Positions 12,900-24,365 of a stretch of 64,000 nucleotides of DNA are shown here, piece by piece (the first letter of the stretch is position 1; the number at the start of each line of letters is the position of its first letter). The position numbers were made by a program, and so were the translations under genes. Where the stretch lies: NCBI RefSeq assembly GCF_018977255.1, contig NW_024704742.1:23376001-23440000 (forward strand). Direction: 5' to 3'. The notes under the pieces are model-generated. The model was not told where the DNA came from and searched no databases. It worked only from the letters and a program-made list of their open reading frames with translations. Source of the stretch: Callorhinchus milii. Lineage: Eukaryota.

Positions 12900-13920
12900 A
12901 AAACTTCACACTCTCTCTGAAGGCTGGCCCTTTCTTGTTACTTCCGCATCTGGCTCTCCATTTTATATCCTATGCCTGATACTAACAAGACTGGTGAAGA
13001 CTAGCCTTCCTAAGCAAAAGGAACTGCACTACGTCCTCTTCTTCTACCACTGGCTGCAGAAAAAAAAAGTATTCATTTCTACTTCTGCTGAGGTTTGTAA
13101 AAGACCGGAGCTTGGATTCCAAACACATTTGTAAAAAGAAAACACTGAAATAAAAATGCATCTGAACATAGGTGAATTGTGTGAAAGCAAATAGTCCTCT
13201 AGATTGACATGTTAAGGTAATTATAATTCAATTCACAGAACAGAACTTTAATATCACAATGCGTAAAGAAACCAAGTACACAGAAAGCTATGAATAGAAA
13301 ATACATCACACAAACTGGTAAATTGAGTGCAAACACTAGGTTATGTGGATTCCCCCTTATGCTTGGCATACCGTTTGCATTTGATTGCTTACTGTGCAGC
13401 ACTACCAATTTATACCACAAGTGTTCTTTTTGAGGGGAGAAAAGAAGAGATTATATCAAATGTATTTTATATTTTTGTACTTTGGATGGGTAGAAGGATC
13501 TTCAGTAGGGCAAAGTGAATTTAGAAACATCAGTATGAAGGCCATTCTGACTGAGCAGTGGAATCGTGGCCCCTGTGACTGAAATATGTATTTGTGTTTC
13601 AATATTTCTAACATAAGTAATGAAACAAATGTTTTACATAAGGTGTGCACCACCTCAATTTTGTGACTGCACCATACAACACAAACGCTGGCAAAATTGA
13701 GGAATCTGAACAAAATACCTAAAATGCTTCACCTTCACTCTTGCAATATATGATGCATTCAACCAGTTTCAACGCATTCCCAGACATACATGCATAGTAT
13801 TTATAATTATATTTAATCAATATACACACATTTTTCACTTAAGTATTTTAATAAATCAGGATGGGACATTTAGCACATAGTGTAATTGTGGCGAGGACCT
13901 GATAAGACAGATAAGTTAAA

Positions 13921-14563
13921 CATTGCCAGACTCCGCCATTACCTCACCCCCCCAGGCTGCCGAAACCCTCACCCATGCATTCGTCACCTCAAGGCTTGAT
14001 TACGGGAACTCCCTCTCATCGGCCTTCCCAACTTTTCCCTTCACAAGCTGCAGATCATCCAAAACTCTGCAGCTCGTGTACTCTCACGCACCAGGCTCCG
14101 CGACCCCATCACTCCCACCCTCGCCCAACTCCACTGGCTCCCCATCCCCCAGAGGATCGAGTTCAAGATCCTCGTCCTCACCTTTAAGGCCATCCTACCT
14201 CTCTGACCTGCTGACTCCCTACCAACCTGCCCACTCCCTCCGTTCATCAGGCTCCGGCCTGCTCCATGTCTCCTGCCCGACCCGCCCTACCATCGGTGGC
14301 CGGGCTTTCAGCCTCTCTGCCCCACACTCTGGAACTCCATCCCACGGTCCCTTTGTCTCACTTCCTCCCTCACATCCTTCAAGGCCGGTCTCAAGATCCT
14401 TCTCTTCGACCGTGACTTTGGTCTCCCTCCCACCTCTCTGCCTTCCCTCACCCCTACACCACCCCTCCTCCATGCTCGGGCCCCGACATCTGACTGTTCA
14501 GCGCTTTGGGACGTCCTCCCGACGTGAAAGGCGCTCTGCAATTGTAATTTTGTTGTTGTTGTT
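13921..14563 (+). mobile_element. Young 5'-truncated L2 LINE with (gtt)n tail
   Basis: AAETLTHAFVTSRLDYGNSL and, after frameshifts, IIQNSAARVL..PITPTLAQLHWLP..RIEFKIL and YQPAHSLRSS..GGRAFS. Has a 3' stem-loop tail and a candidate TSD gttaaa at 13915-13920 and 14561-14566. Confidence 0.92.
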
Positions 14564-15587
14564 AAATCAAGACCTAAAAAACGGGATATGCACTTGAGAC
14601 CGACTGACAGGCAATTATTTTAATTAAACAAAATTATGTGTTAAAGATATATCCAATGTATCAAACTGCCCACTTAAATGTAAGGAATATTCCTGTAGAA
14701 ATGTGAATACCTGTAATAAAAAACAACATTTTTTGAAATGAGATGTGAGGTCAAGTTGTGACCTGGAGCTAGAAGAACTAACACTAGTAATGACGCTGTT
14801 GCAGTCACTGAACACAGCTGGTCAGGGTGGTAATGTTTTAACAACAGATCTGTCTGGAGGATTCTGTGGCAGGTAGCATTTCCATCAGTAGGTACCAGAT
14901 TCTGCCTCTGATCCCTCCTCTCTATTAGATCACCATCTTCTCATGCCTCGAATGCCACATTTACCTTAAATCACCAACCACCTTGACAGTCATTACCTGT
15001 GAAGTGCTTTCAATCATTTCAATGATAAAAATGAAAGTTGTTTCTTTAGTAATGGAGCCGGCGCTGCCACCTCTTGAAGTCACAGAATACCTTCTTAAAA
15101 TTATTTTCTCTATGCTTCAGGAGGCAGTAATCCAAAAAGTGTTTCCTATTGAATCTGCTGTCATTTTCTTCTGGCTGTGGGTGGGCTGACAGCTCAGTAG
15201 GCCCACAAAGACTAGTTATGGGAGTTTTCATATTGCCGGCACATACAGACGGTGATCAAAGATTAGTGCAGGGCAAGAAATGAAAGATGCAGTTTGTAAC
15301 TTGCAAACAACTGGGTAAATATAACTTGTGCACAGAACATGTTCTCTGTTGCTTTTGGTACTGTATCATTTTCTACTTTGTACTACGCAAGTACCACTCA
15401 CTGACTAGCCTCAATTATTTCAGTTTACAAAAGGCAAACACAAGGTCAATAATGGAAAAGAAAATCACAGATATCCATGCTAATTTGTGGATGGGCTTTA
15501 ATGAATTAGGCTAGTTTCAAGAAAACAGAGCAGCGCTTAGATGTGAAAAGAATTCTTAGCTATAGTGTTCTTTCCCACTCACTTGTA

Positions 15588-15690
15588 ACTCTTATCTCTG
15601 GGACCTAGGTTATGGGTTCAAGACCCACACCAGGATTTGACTTCCAGTATAGACTGATACTTCACTGTAGGAGGTGCCATCATTTAGTTA
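15588..15690 (+). mobile_element. Degenerate head of an old Deu-SINE
   Basis: ggttatgggttcaagacccacaccagga...actgtaggaggtgccatc is similar to 49886-50250. Confidence 0.55.
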
Positions 15691-16079
15691 ACAACTTGCA
15701 TTGTATAGTACCATTCACGTGCATAGTGTCTCGGACCACTTAAAGGTGTAGTTTGATGCTGACCATCTCCCGTCTCTTTCTAGACGTGAGATGGTCGTTA
15801 TTTTGTTCTCCATATCTCTCTCAAAATGGACACACAACATTGCAATGTTGATGGTGCTTCTCTGTGACTAGAATGGATGCAGAGTCTGAGACCAAACCTG
15901 GTCAGTCATGTTGGGTGATAAAAGAATCAGGAATACATTTGAGATTATCTTGCTGAAGTAAGATATCCTAAGCTGCTACAGCTATTTTACAACTTTTCTT
16001 ATATATACTTAAACCCCTGCTAGCAGTACTAGGGAGGTGGGAGATCCAGTCCGGCGAGCCGGAATTTCCAGCTAAGTCT

Positions 16080-16192
16080 AATTATAATGTCGGTACCGGC
16101 GTTCACTGGCCTTTTTGACTTGGTACCAGCATTGTAATTGTTTGAACCCCATGAGCAGCAGATAGAGAAACTTCTGATCACGGGATTCAAAC
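16080..16192. repeat. Two abutting imperfect inverted repeats (probable palindromic MITE relic)
   Basis: aattataatgtcggtacc/ggtaccagcattgtaatt (15/18) and gtttgaaccccatgagcag/ctgatcacgggattcaaac (16/19). Confidence 0.75.
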
Positions 16193-16994
16193 TGAGTCAT
16201 AGTTGTGATACCCCTGGTCACTGTGAAGCCCAGCAAGGAAGGTGAGGCTGCTCAGTGCGGCGTTGGCATGCGCTAGGAATTGGGAATCGGGAATCTACAG
16301 GTGTGCATAGACTTGCAGAATTTTTAAAAAATTAGGGTTCTGACCCATTCCGGCTAGATACAAATTTTGGATACTCAGAGTCCAGAGAGACAGGGCTATT
16401 CTGTGTTAGCAAAATTTTGGTGCCTTTAATTTCTCTGGGAAGGCTTGCTATATTCAGATTTTTTGAAAAAAGGGCAACAAGCGATTGATGAATAGGTACA
16501 CTAACACTAAAAANTCTCACATATATATTCTGTCTTGCTCAGGCATTTTTCTGTTTGTTAAATTAATAGCTTTGGAGAATTTGACTCCTACAATGTAAAA
16601 GAAGTACATTACAAATGAAAGAGCAGCATATGAAAGGAACCATCTTGAACTTCCTCACCAGTGTCACACAAAGCAAAAGCAATCATGCCACAATAAATCA
16701 GTAAATAACATTCACACATGGAAAATGTTCTAGAACAACAGAAATCAGCATCACAACATTAGACAGCAGTGTTCAGACTCCAGCAAAGAAAATGAAAAAG
16801 TAAAACTTTAACAAGGTACAAAAATACTTGTATCTGTTATCCTGCACTACAAACAGAAAACCTAAAAGAGCAACGTTGATCAAAGGGTTGGTACAACCAA
16901 AGAACTAAGTACAAAGAAAAGTTGAAACCATGAAGATTACAATCAAGGTTGTGAAGATGAATCAAAAGCCTTCGTAGCAAAGACAGGCAAGCAA

Positions 16995-17142
16995 TAAGAC
17001 CATAAGACCATAAGACGTAGGAGCAGAAGTAGGCCATTCGGCCCCTCGAGCCTGCCCTGCCATTTAATAAGATCATGGCTGATCTTCTAACCTAATTCCA
17101 TTTGCCCGCCCTCTCCCCATATCCCTTAATCCCTCTATCCTT
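16995..17142 (-). mobile_element. Young CR1 LINE 3' end with (tggtctta)n terminal repeat
   Basis: taagacca repeats followed by taggagcagaagtaggccattcggcccctcgagcctgccctgccatttaataagatcatggctgatc, the typical shark-type CR1 3' UTR. Confidence 0.88.
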
Positions 17143-17439
17143 TAGAAAGGAATAGATATTTCTATTTAATTCCCTAGGAATAGATAATTCACTTGCTTTC
17201 CTACCAGTATAATCTGTTCAATTTTTCTCTATCCGGAAAAGGTCTGAGATAATGACTCAAAACCTCCCCAGTATAATGAAATTTGGTAGCAACGTTGAAA
17301 TGCTGAACATTTTTAAATCAATGAACAATGAAATCCATCTGTGCCTGCTTGGACCAATTGGGCCTGATTGTTATATTATTCACCTAAGCACATAGTTTCC
17401 ATCATTGGTAAATTTCGTATTTTTAGACTTGCTCCAAGT

Positions 17440-18200
17440 CATTTAGCAATGATGTAAACCACAGAACTTTATAGAATTCTTATTTATTTTTGGCCCACTA
17501 CCTTTTCCATTTATTATCATCCATTATTTTCCTATTGCTGAGACAAATGTTATGTCAATTATCAAATTTGCCCTTAATTCCATTTTTCTTTAAAAGTCCC
17601 ATGGAATTTTACTAAATTCATTCTGAAAATTCAAGTAAATTGGATAACCATCAACCAATAGTTACTTCCTCAAAGAGGTCATGTAGAATTTTGAGGCATA
17701 ACATATTGCTTCTAAATCTTTGGCAACCCTTTGCACTCTTTAGATGAATATTGATAACATCCCAACTAATATTCTCAAGCATTCTGCACAATACATTTGT
17801 TAGGCTAAGTTATCTATAATTGGCGCTCCTTTTTTCTATAATAAGGTCAAATTTCTACCCTCCAGGCCTCTAGTAAGTTTTTCTTTAAAAGTCCCATGGA
17901 ATTTTACTAAATTCATTCTGAAAATTCAAGTAAATTGGATAACCATCATTCAATAGTTACTTCCTCAACGAGGTCAAGTAGAATTTTGAGGCGTAACGTA
18001 TTGCTTCTAAATCTTTGGCAACCCTTTGCGCTCTTACCAAGTTTACCAATGATGGACAATTCTAGTTGGAAGAGGCTGCAAAAGATTAACCAGAGCCTCG
18101 CCTATTTCTTCTCGCATTTCCCTCAGGATCTTGGGGTGAGGTCTGTCTGGCCTGTTTGCCTTATGGACATTTAATTTTTTGAATTTCTTCACAAAGTGAC
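17440..18200 (-). mobile_element. Degenerate CR1 ORF2 relic with internal duplication
   Basis: ORF 18043-18261 has KANRPDRPHPKILREMREEIGEALVNL (CR1 KSPGPDG.HPRILKE..EEI.EAL). The adjacent minus-strand sequence has FEEVT...YL.FQ..F.K-like relics. Confidence 0.7.
17583..18035. repeat. Direct repeat, 2 x 158 bp (17583-17740 and 17878-18035)
   Basis: Ungapped alignment at offset 295; 7 mismatches counted by eye. Confidence 0.93.
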
Positions 18201-18372
18201 TGGATCTGGAATTTGATGTGTCTTTATTTGTGAAAACTGTGAAAATATCTAATATATTCATTATAACTGCCTGTTATTTAACACACTTGCTAAATAAGAT
18301 CTTTGAATCATGATTTTAGCTTGCTGAAATCTGCTTTCCTCTAGCCTCTTACATGTCTAGTACTTCTAGTAT

Positions 18373-18680
18373 GTGGAGTCCTATAGCTCAGTGGTTAGAG
18401 CATTCGCCTTGCAAACGAGAGATATGGGTTCGATTTCCGGAAGGGCAAAACATTGGGCAAGTTTCCTTACTCCATACACCTGATAATAATCCCTAAAGAA
18501 ACAAAACACAATAATAATTTGATCACTCAATCCACGACTGTTTGTGGGACACTGCTGTGCCCGATTGGCTGCCGCGTAATGCCCAGATATACAGTAAATT
18601 CACTTTACAGTATATTCTATGAAGCATTTTGAGACGTCTAGAAGACGTGAAAAGCTCTATATTAAATGCAAAGATTATTT
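18373..18680 (+). mobile_element. Full-length, moderately diverged tRNA/Deu SINE
   Basis: gtggagtcctatagctcagtggttagagc (A box), gggttcgatttcc (B box), Deu segment, tail aaatgcaaagattatt. Confidence 0.9.
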
Positions 18681-18977
18681 TCTATTATTTTATTCCCTTT
18701 CTCAGTCGCAATTGTCTTTTATATGATTTTGTCCTCAAAAACTTTTTGTATCCTTTAAAATCTTCTATTTGTCCTCCAAATATTTTACTTGTCTTCTGCA
18801 GAAATTGGTTCTTTTGAGGAATGTGTTTTTTTTAAGTTCGTTTTAACCCTATTTATTCTTTGCTGAGCTTCCAAGTACCTTTCATGAGACAAAATGTGAT
18901 CTGAACCAACAATGTCCATGAATAGCAAAGAGATAAATGGCCAATCTTTTTTTTGAAAATAACTTTGCATGATAGTG

Positions 18978-19092
18978 GAATATTATTCAGGACATTAGGA
19001 AAACTGCTCGTCTTCCCAATAGTGCTGTAAAGTTTTCAGTAGTTCACTGGATCATCAAAGCAGATAGATGGGACCTTGGTGTGATGTCCTAC
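18978..19092 (-). mobile_element. Degenerate Deu-SINE fragment
   Basis: caggacattaggaaaactgctcgtcttcccaatagtgc...gatgggaccttggt is the reverse complement of the Deu core. Confidence 0.5.
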
Positions 19093-19095
19093 CCC

Positions 19096-19470
19096 CTAAT
19101 TCAAACCTGTGCTGCCCATATCCTCACCCACACCAAACTTGGTACCCTCATCACCCCAGTCCTTGCCAGGCTTCACTTGCTCCCTTTTGCAGAACGGATA
19201 GAATTCAAGATCCTCACACTCATCTACAAATCACTTAATGCCCTGGCAGTTCCCTATCTCTCCAACTTGCTCATTCGTCAATCCTCTACCTTGGCCCTTC
19301 GCTCGGCTGTCTCAGGTTTCTGCATATCCCTCGACCACTTTGCTCCACCATCAGTGACCATGCTTTGAGCCACTATGCTCTAACCCCTTGGAAATACCTG
19401 CCTCAATTTCTCTGCCTAACCCCCTCTTTGTCTGTCTTCAGATCACATTTGAAGACTTTCCACTGACTGC
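19096..19470 (+). mobile_element. Old L2 LINE 3' fragment
   Basis: ORF 19081-19368: LIQTCAAHILT..ITPVLARLHLLP.AERIEFKILTLIYKSLNALAVPYLSNLL..ALRS. Confidence 0.85.
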
Positions 19471-19544
19471 ACCTAAGGAAGTCTCCTGTCGTTTCCTGTC
19501 CTCATTACTACAGTCTGTTCCATTTTTTCCTCTTGAATTTGTTA

Positions 19545-19812
19545 ACTTGCTCTGAGTTAATGTTTTGCCGCCAACTCTCTAGTAGCTCACTCAAGTAGTG
19601 GGCAAGCCCAAACAAGGAATGTCAGCAAGATATTTGACTGTTGGAAAAATTAAGGCTTGATCTTGCCCTTATTTGATGTCACCCATGCAGCCATTTCCAG
19701 CAGAGATCTATAGATTGGGGACCCTGGCTAATTTCTTTCCCCTGTGAGGCAAAGTGTAGTATCCCTTAAGATAGTCAAACTCAACACGGATCAGGGGATG
19801 AACCTATGACAT
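19545..19812 (-). mobile_element. Old degenerate SINE-like interspersed repeat, copy 3
   Basis: Colinear with 235-530 and 1575-1855; the minus strand begins with a B-box-like ggttcatcccc near 19795-19805. Confidence 0.5.
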
Positions 19813-21705
19813 TTTTGGTCAGTGCTGCTCAGGAAATCCTGTGCTGTTGTGTATTCGTTGAGCCATTGGGAGACAGACAGCTTTCCTTTCTTCTGTGATT
19901 TGAGTGAAAACTAAAACCTGAAGGCATGTACATCACTGGAAAAAGTGCACTATCAGCAAAAAGATTACAACCAAGGCCAAGAAATGAACGATGCACCTCA
20001 TGACAAAGGCAAGACAGAATGATTAACACATCCATCTATCAAATGACAAACACACAACACTAAGAATTCCATTCGACAATGGCAATCACAAAGTTGCTCT
20101 CAGACCAAGCACTTCAAGTCATAAAATAGTGACATCCACAAAAATTGTATTTCATTACTAAAAACTAGAACAAACACATTATCTAATCAAAGTGTAACCC
20201 AATTAAGATCATGCGGTGAAAAATTGAACTTTCGAGATGATAATTATCATTGGTAATAATTGGCACTTCATCAGAATTTCTGCTAATGGCAATGATAATT
20301 GGCGAACATCCCTTCCCCCAATTCATAAGGATTAGTTAGATCCCAAGTAGCTTGAGGTGACAGCCACAGATATTAAATGGATTGCAACATTTCAGTACTG
20401 GTTCACAAAATATCAATTTAACTCATCGACTCTGGCAGTGCCTGGACCAGAAATTCTGATGTGATAAATATCACATTGAATATCCCATTCTACACCCCCA
20501 AGTTTAGAATGGAAAATCTAATATTATTGAATTCAGCCCCTATCCAAAGTACTCAAAACAGCAAATACTGCAATTGCTGCCAAAATATTTATTTAATAAA
20601 AGATTTAAATCTCATCAGAGATAAAAGTAAATCTTGCAGCATTCACATCCTTAGAAGATGGCACTTCATCATCTTGTAGGAGGCCCGAAAGACAAGTGTA
20701 AAATATTTCATTGAGAACTGATCACACAATGTTTTAACTGCATAATCCTTTGGTCGTATTAGTTAGCAGCTACTGATTTGTGTAGCAATTTGGACCAACC
20801 AGGCTTCTGATTTAATTCAGACCAAAAGCAACAGCTTGCTGCTCTGAGCACACCACCTGGGGTTAGAAGTTTCCTGTGCCTCACTTACGAATACCATATT
20901 TAGTATTGTATGGATGGGTGCACCCAATTGAATTACACAACTGTGTTTCTGCTGGCTCGTGAATCCATCCTGTCCACAGTGGGGTGGTTTCACAAGTTGG
21001 GAAATATGGAAAATGTATGGGAGGTATGAAAATTCCTGCTTCTGGTCAGCACCTTTTTCTCTTAGCTTCCTATGCTACTGAATAAGAAATGCTGACTAAA
21101 ACAAGCAAACATTCAAACCAACGCCACCTACACTAACCAATAACGATGCTGCTTTAAATAAGACTTTAATTTTTAGTTGTGATTTCTTGATCATTTAAAG
21201 AGCATGATGCACCCCATTTGGGGGGTATATAGGATTTGGCTGAAGCGCTCACATTGCCAATTTACTAATCAGGACTGAAACCAAAGTCTTAAGTGGACTT
21301 GGGCCAATTTGTAGTTCTGGAGGGGACAGCGCTTGGCAGCTTCCAAGAGAAATGCTTGATTTGACTGAATTAACAAACAAACTGCAAGTCTGTTTGAAAC
21401 ATTAGACAATGCAAGTTAAAAATTTATTTGAATTGTTATGATATTAATTTCTCAATTTATTGGTATATAATAGTATTGTATGAAGCTAAATTAAAAATGT
21501 TGGAATACATCTGCACCTGGGGTATAGTAGTTTTAGTTGAGGTTCCTGACAGATTATGACTGTTGCATGCATGCATATATGGAACTATCAGCCTGTTTTG
21601 TCCAAATACCCAGAGTTCCATAGATATGTATGGGACCTTGACATGAACATTTCCCTATGTCTGGCGTGGAGATTATCCATGTGTGGAAAGGACACTTACC
21701 TATGG

Positions 21706-22715
21706 CTGGAATGGACATTACCTATGGCTCCAAGAGGTACGCCCTGCTTACCTAAATCCAGAAAGTATTATGTACAGGTGGGTGAGAACCAAGGCTCAGG
21801 GAGCGGGAGTTGGAGTACTGCTGAATACGGCTAGCTAAAACTACAGCTAAAGATTACAGCTAAAATTGCCATTGTGAGCACTGTGTGTCAAGCTTCCTGC
21901 TGTTTGTCCAGATAGGCCCATTGTAACTTACAAATAACTAAACAAACATTTCTTTTTAATGCAGTTATATTTATCAATGTAAATTGTATTGTACTGTATA
22001 TGTTACCTAGATGAATGGAGATGAGGTAAGTAAAGTCAAAGTAATAGCCAAAATGTAGAGGAAACGCTGTGGGTAAAATGATTCAAGCAATGAAAGGGCA
22101 GAGGAAAGTAGTTGTGCTTTTGTAATAGGAGACTCAATTCTGAGATGCAGCAGGTCAACAGTGAACTGTCCAGGTGCAATAATGTGGGTGAGGCAACACT
22201 GTTTTCCCAGGTCATGGGTTAATGAGCTAATGAGGGCAATCGGATAATGTCAGCACTTGTGGTATAAACCTCAATACAAAAATCAAAACAATCAATTGGC
22301 CAAGAAATGAAATATTACACTTTAGCAGCCTGGATTTTATCAATCTTAGTATTGCCAATAATCTAATACACTACTGAAACATAAGACCTTAAACTTGCTG
22401 TTTAACATAGGCCCATTTAGTTTAATAATAGATATTGAAAGTTTTTAGTGTGTTTAATGCTGGAATTGGCAGCCTGAGCAAATTATGGCTTTTTGATGAA
22501 CTTCTTACTTTGATTTATGTCTGAACTGGAGTGTGCATTCTCTCTCTGGAGGTACGCATCCTGCTTCCTAAATTCAGAAAGGTTGGTGAGAACTAAGGAT
22601 TAGGGAGTTAGAGTGTATGTTGAGTGCTGTTGGAGTTTAACCAGCTAAAATTTCATTGCTTGCCATCGTGCGCACTGTGTGTCAAGCTTCTGGCTGTTTG
22701 TCCAGCTAGGCCCAT
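21706..22715 (+). repeat. Diverged ~200-bp direct repeats (21706-21921, 22526-22715) flanking an esterase-like ORF1 relic
   Basis: Both copies end in gcactgtgtgtcaagcttc..gctgtttgtccag.taggcccat. Between them 22122-22145 encodes VIGDSILR. Confidence 0.75.
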
Positions 22716-23448
22716 CCTAATCGCTAAGGCTTTGGTTTGCAGGGCTAATGGGAGCCAAATTGGAACAGGGGTGATGGCAGGTACAAGGAATTCCTGCAAG
22801 ACTTTTGGTGAGCAGCACAACAGCATGAAATGCGTGAGAGCATTGCCTTCATCCTCCTGCCTGGCTGCTGACAGGTGGTTCACAAGTTGGAAGTGCAGAC
22901 CATCAACAGCAGCTGTTTACCTCTCTGTATAGCAATCAAAGTAGGTAGCTAGTCCTGGATACCTGAGCACGTGTTCAGGAACCTGGACCCAAGGTAACAC
23001 CTTCCAACAGCTGTTGACCCAAGCCTCAGAGTTTCCTCATCAGCTATTCAACAAACATCTGCCTTCAGTGTGGTGGAAGGTCTTGTACATGGCAGCTAGT
23101 GGACCACACATAACATGTAGCATTCAAACTAATGTTTTCCATTCCTAATTTTTTTTATATCAACTACACCCAATAGTGTTTTTTATGATGGCTTATTTTC
23201 ACCACTGAAATGCAACATAATAGTTGAAGTATGTACAAATGCCTAAAACACAAATACTACCAACAGCTTTTTGAATCCAATGCAATGCACTCAAGTTAAC
23301 CTGTTCAAGTGATTTTTTTTTATTCAGTCACATGTTAAACCTGCTGAAAACGTTCAACTTGTTAGAATTAAAAGAACTGAGCTCTTTTTCCTATGTTTCT
23401 TGATTTCTTCTCAATGACTGTAACTAAGCACTCGATTTAAAAATTTCA

Positions 23449-23595
<147 letters not shown>

Positions 23596-24094
23596 TCAAC
23601 AGAAAAAACATTAACATTTCATTTACAGGTCAGATATGAATCTGGGGAGCATAATATTCCAAGATGATCAAGAAGTAGACAGCACTATATAACTAATTTC
23701 TAATATATAAGCAGAGAGGTCAGGTAAATTAAAGAAAGCATGTTACAACCAAAATTTATCCTGCTGCCCAAGTGGCACAGCGCCAAGTGGTGACAAATTC
23801 AGACAGAAATGAACACAGTGAGTACCTGATCTTGGGAAATCTGGCTGAAAGTGTAGTGAGGGCACACATTTTTCTGAAGGTGGGAATGCTCCAGCCAAAG
23901 TTTTTTCCAGCGGAATCCACTATAAACCCCTCCACTACAAACCTGCTAAAAAAATGTAGTTTCTGGCCCCAGGCCTCTAGGGCTCTTTATCTGAAATCAC
24001 TGTGGGTGGGGCAGCTCCGGACACACATGCAAGGTGCGGCGCAAGCGGGAAATGGGATTCTCTCCACTGGGAGGCCCTGCTGTTGAAATTGTCT

Positions 24095-24365
24095 GGGTGT
24101 CTCTCTGTGTCTGTGTCTAAGTGAATGTGTGTGTGTGTGTCGCTCTCTCTCTCTATGTGTTTGTGAGTGTGTGTGTCTCTCTCTCTCAATGTGTTTGTGA
24201 GTGTGTGTCTCCTTCTCCTCTTTGTGTGTGTGAGTGTTTGTGTCAGTATGTCTCTCTTTTTCCTCTATCTGTATGTGTGTCTAGGAGTGTGAATGTGTGC
24301 GTCTCTCTCTGCGTCTGTGAGTTGTGTGTGTCTCTGTGGGCGTGTGCATCTCTCTCTCTCTCTCT
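24095..24365. repeat. Compound (GT)n/(CT)n microsatellite inside a GC-richer, probably transposon-derived block (~23860-24760)
   Basis: Alternating gtgt and ctct tracts are directly visible. Confidence 0.9.

Noticed and set aside
13923..14597. Longest ORF in the track (224 aa)
   Set aside because: Frameshifted read-through of an L2 ORF2 3' fragment; not a host gene.
15761..15796. Small hairpin gaccatctc-c-cgtct/agacg-t-gagatggtc
   Set aside because: Too short for a pre-miRNA, lies among decayed repeats, and has no other support.
16514..16514. Single ambiguous base n
   Set aside because: Assembly ambiguity with no biological meaning; it does caution that single-base oddities need read support.
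17398..18056. 15-nt inverted match tccatcattggtaaa / tttaccaatgatgga
   Set aside because: Falls within rearranged CR1 relics; likely fragments of the same element in opposite orientation.
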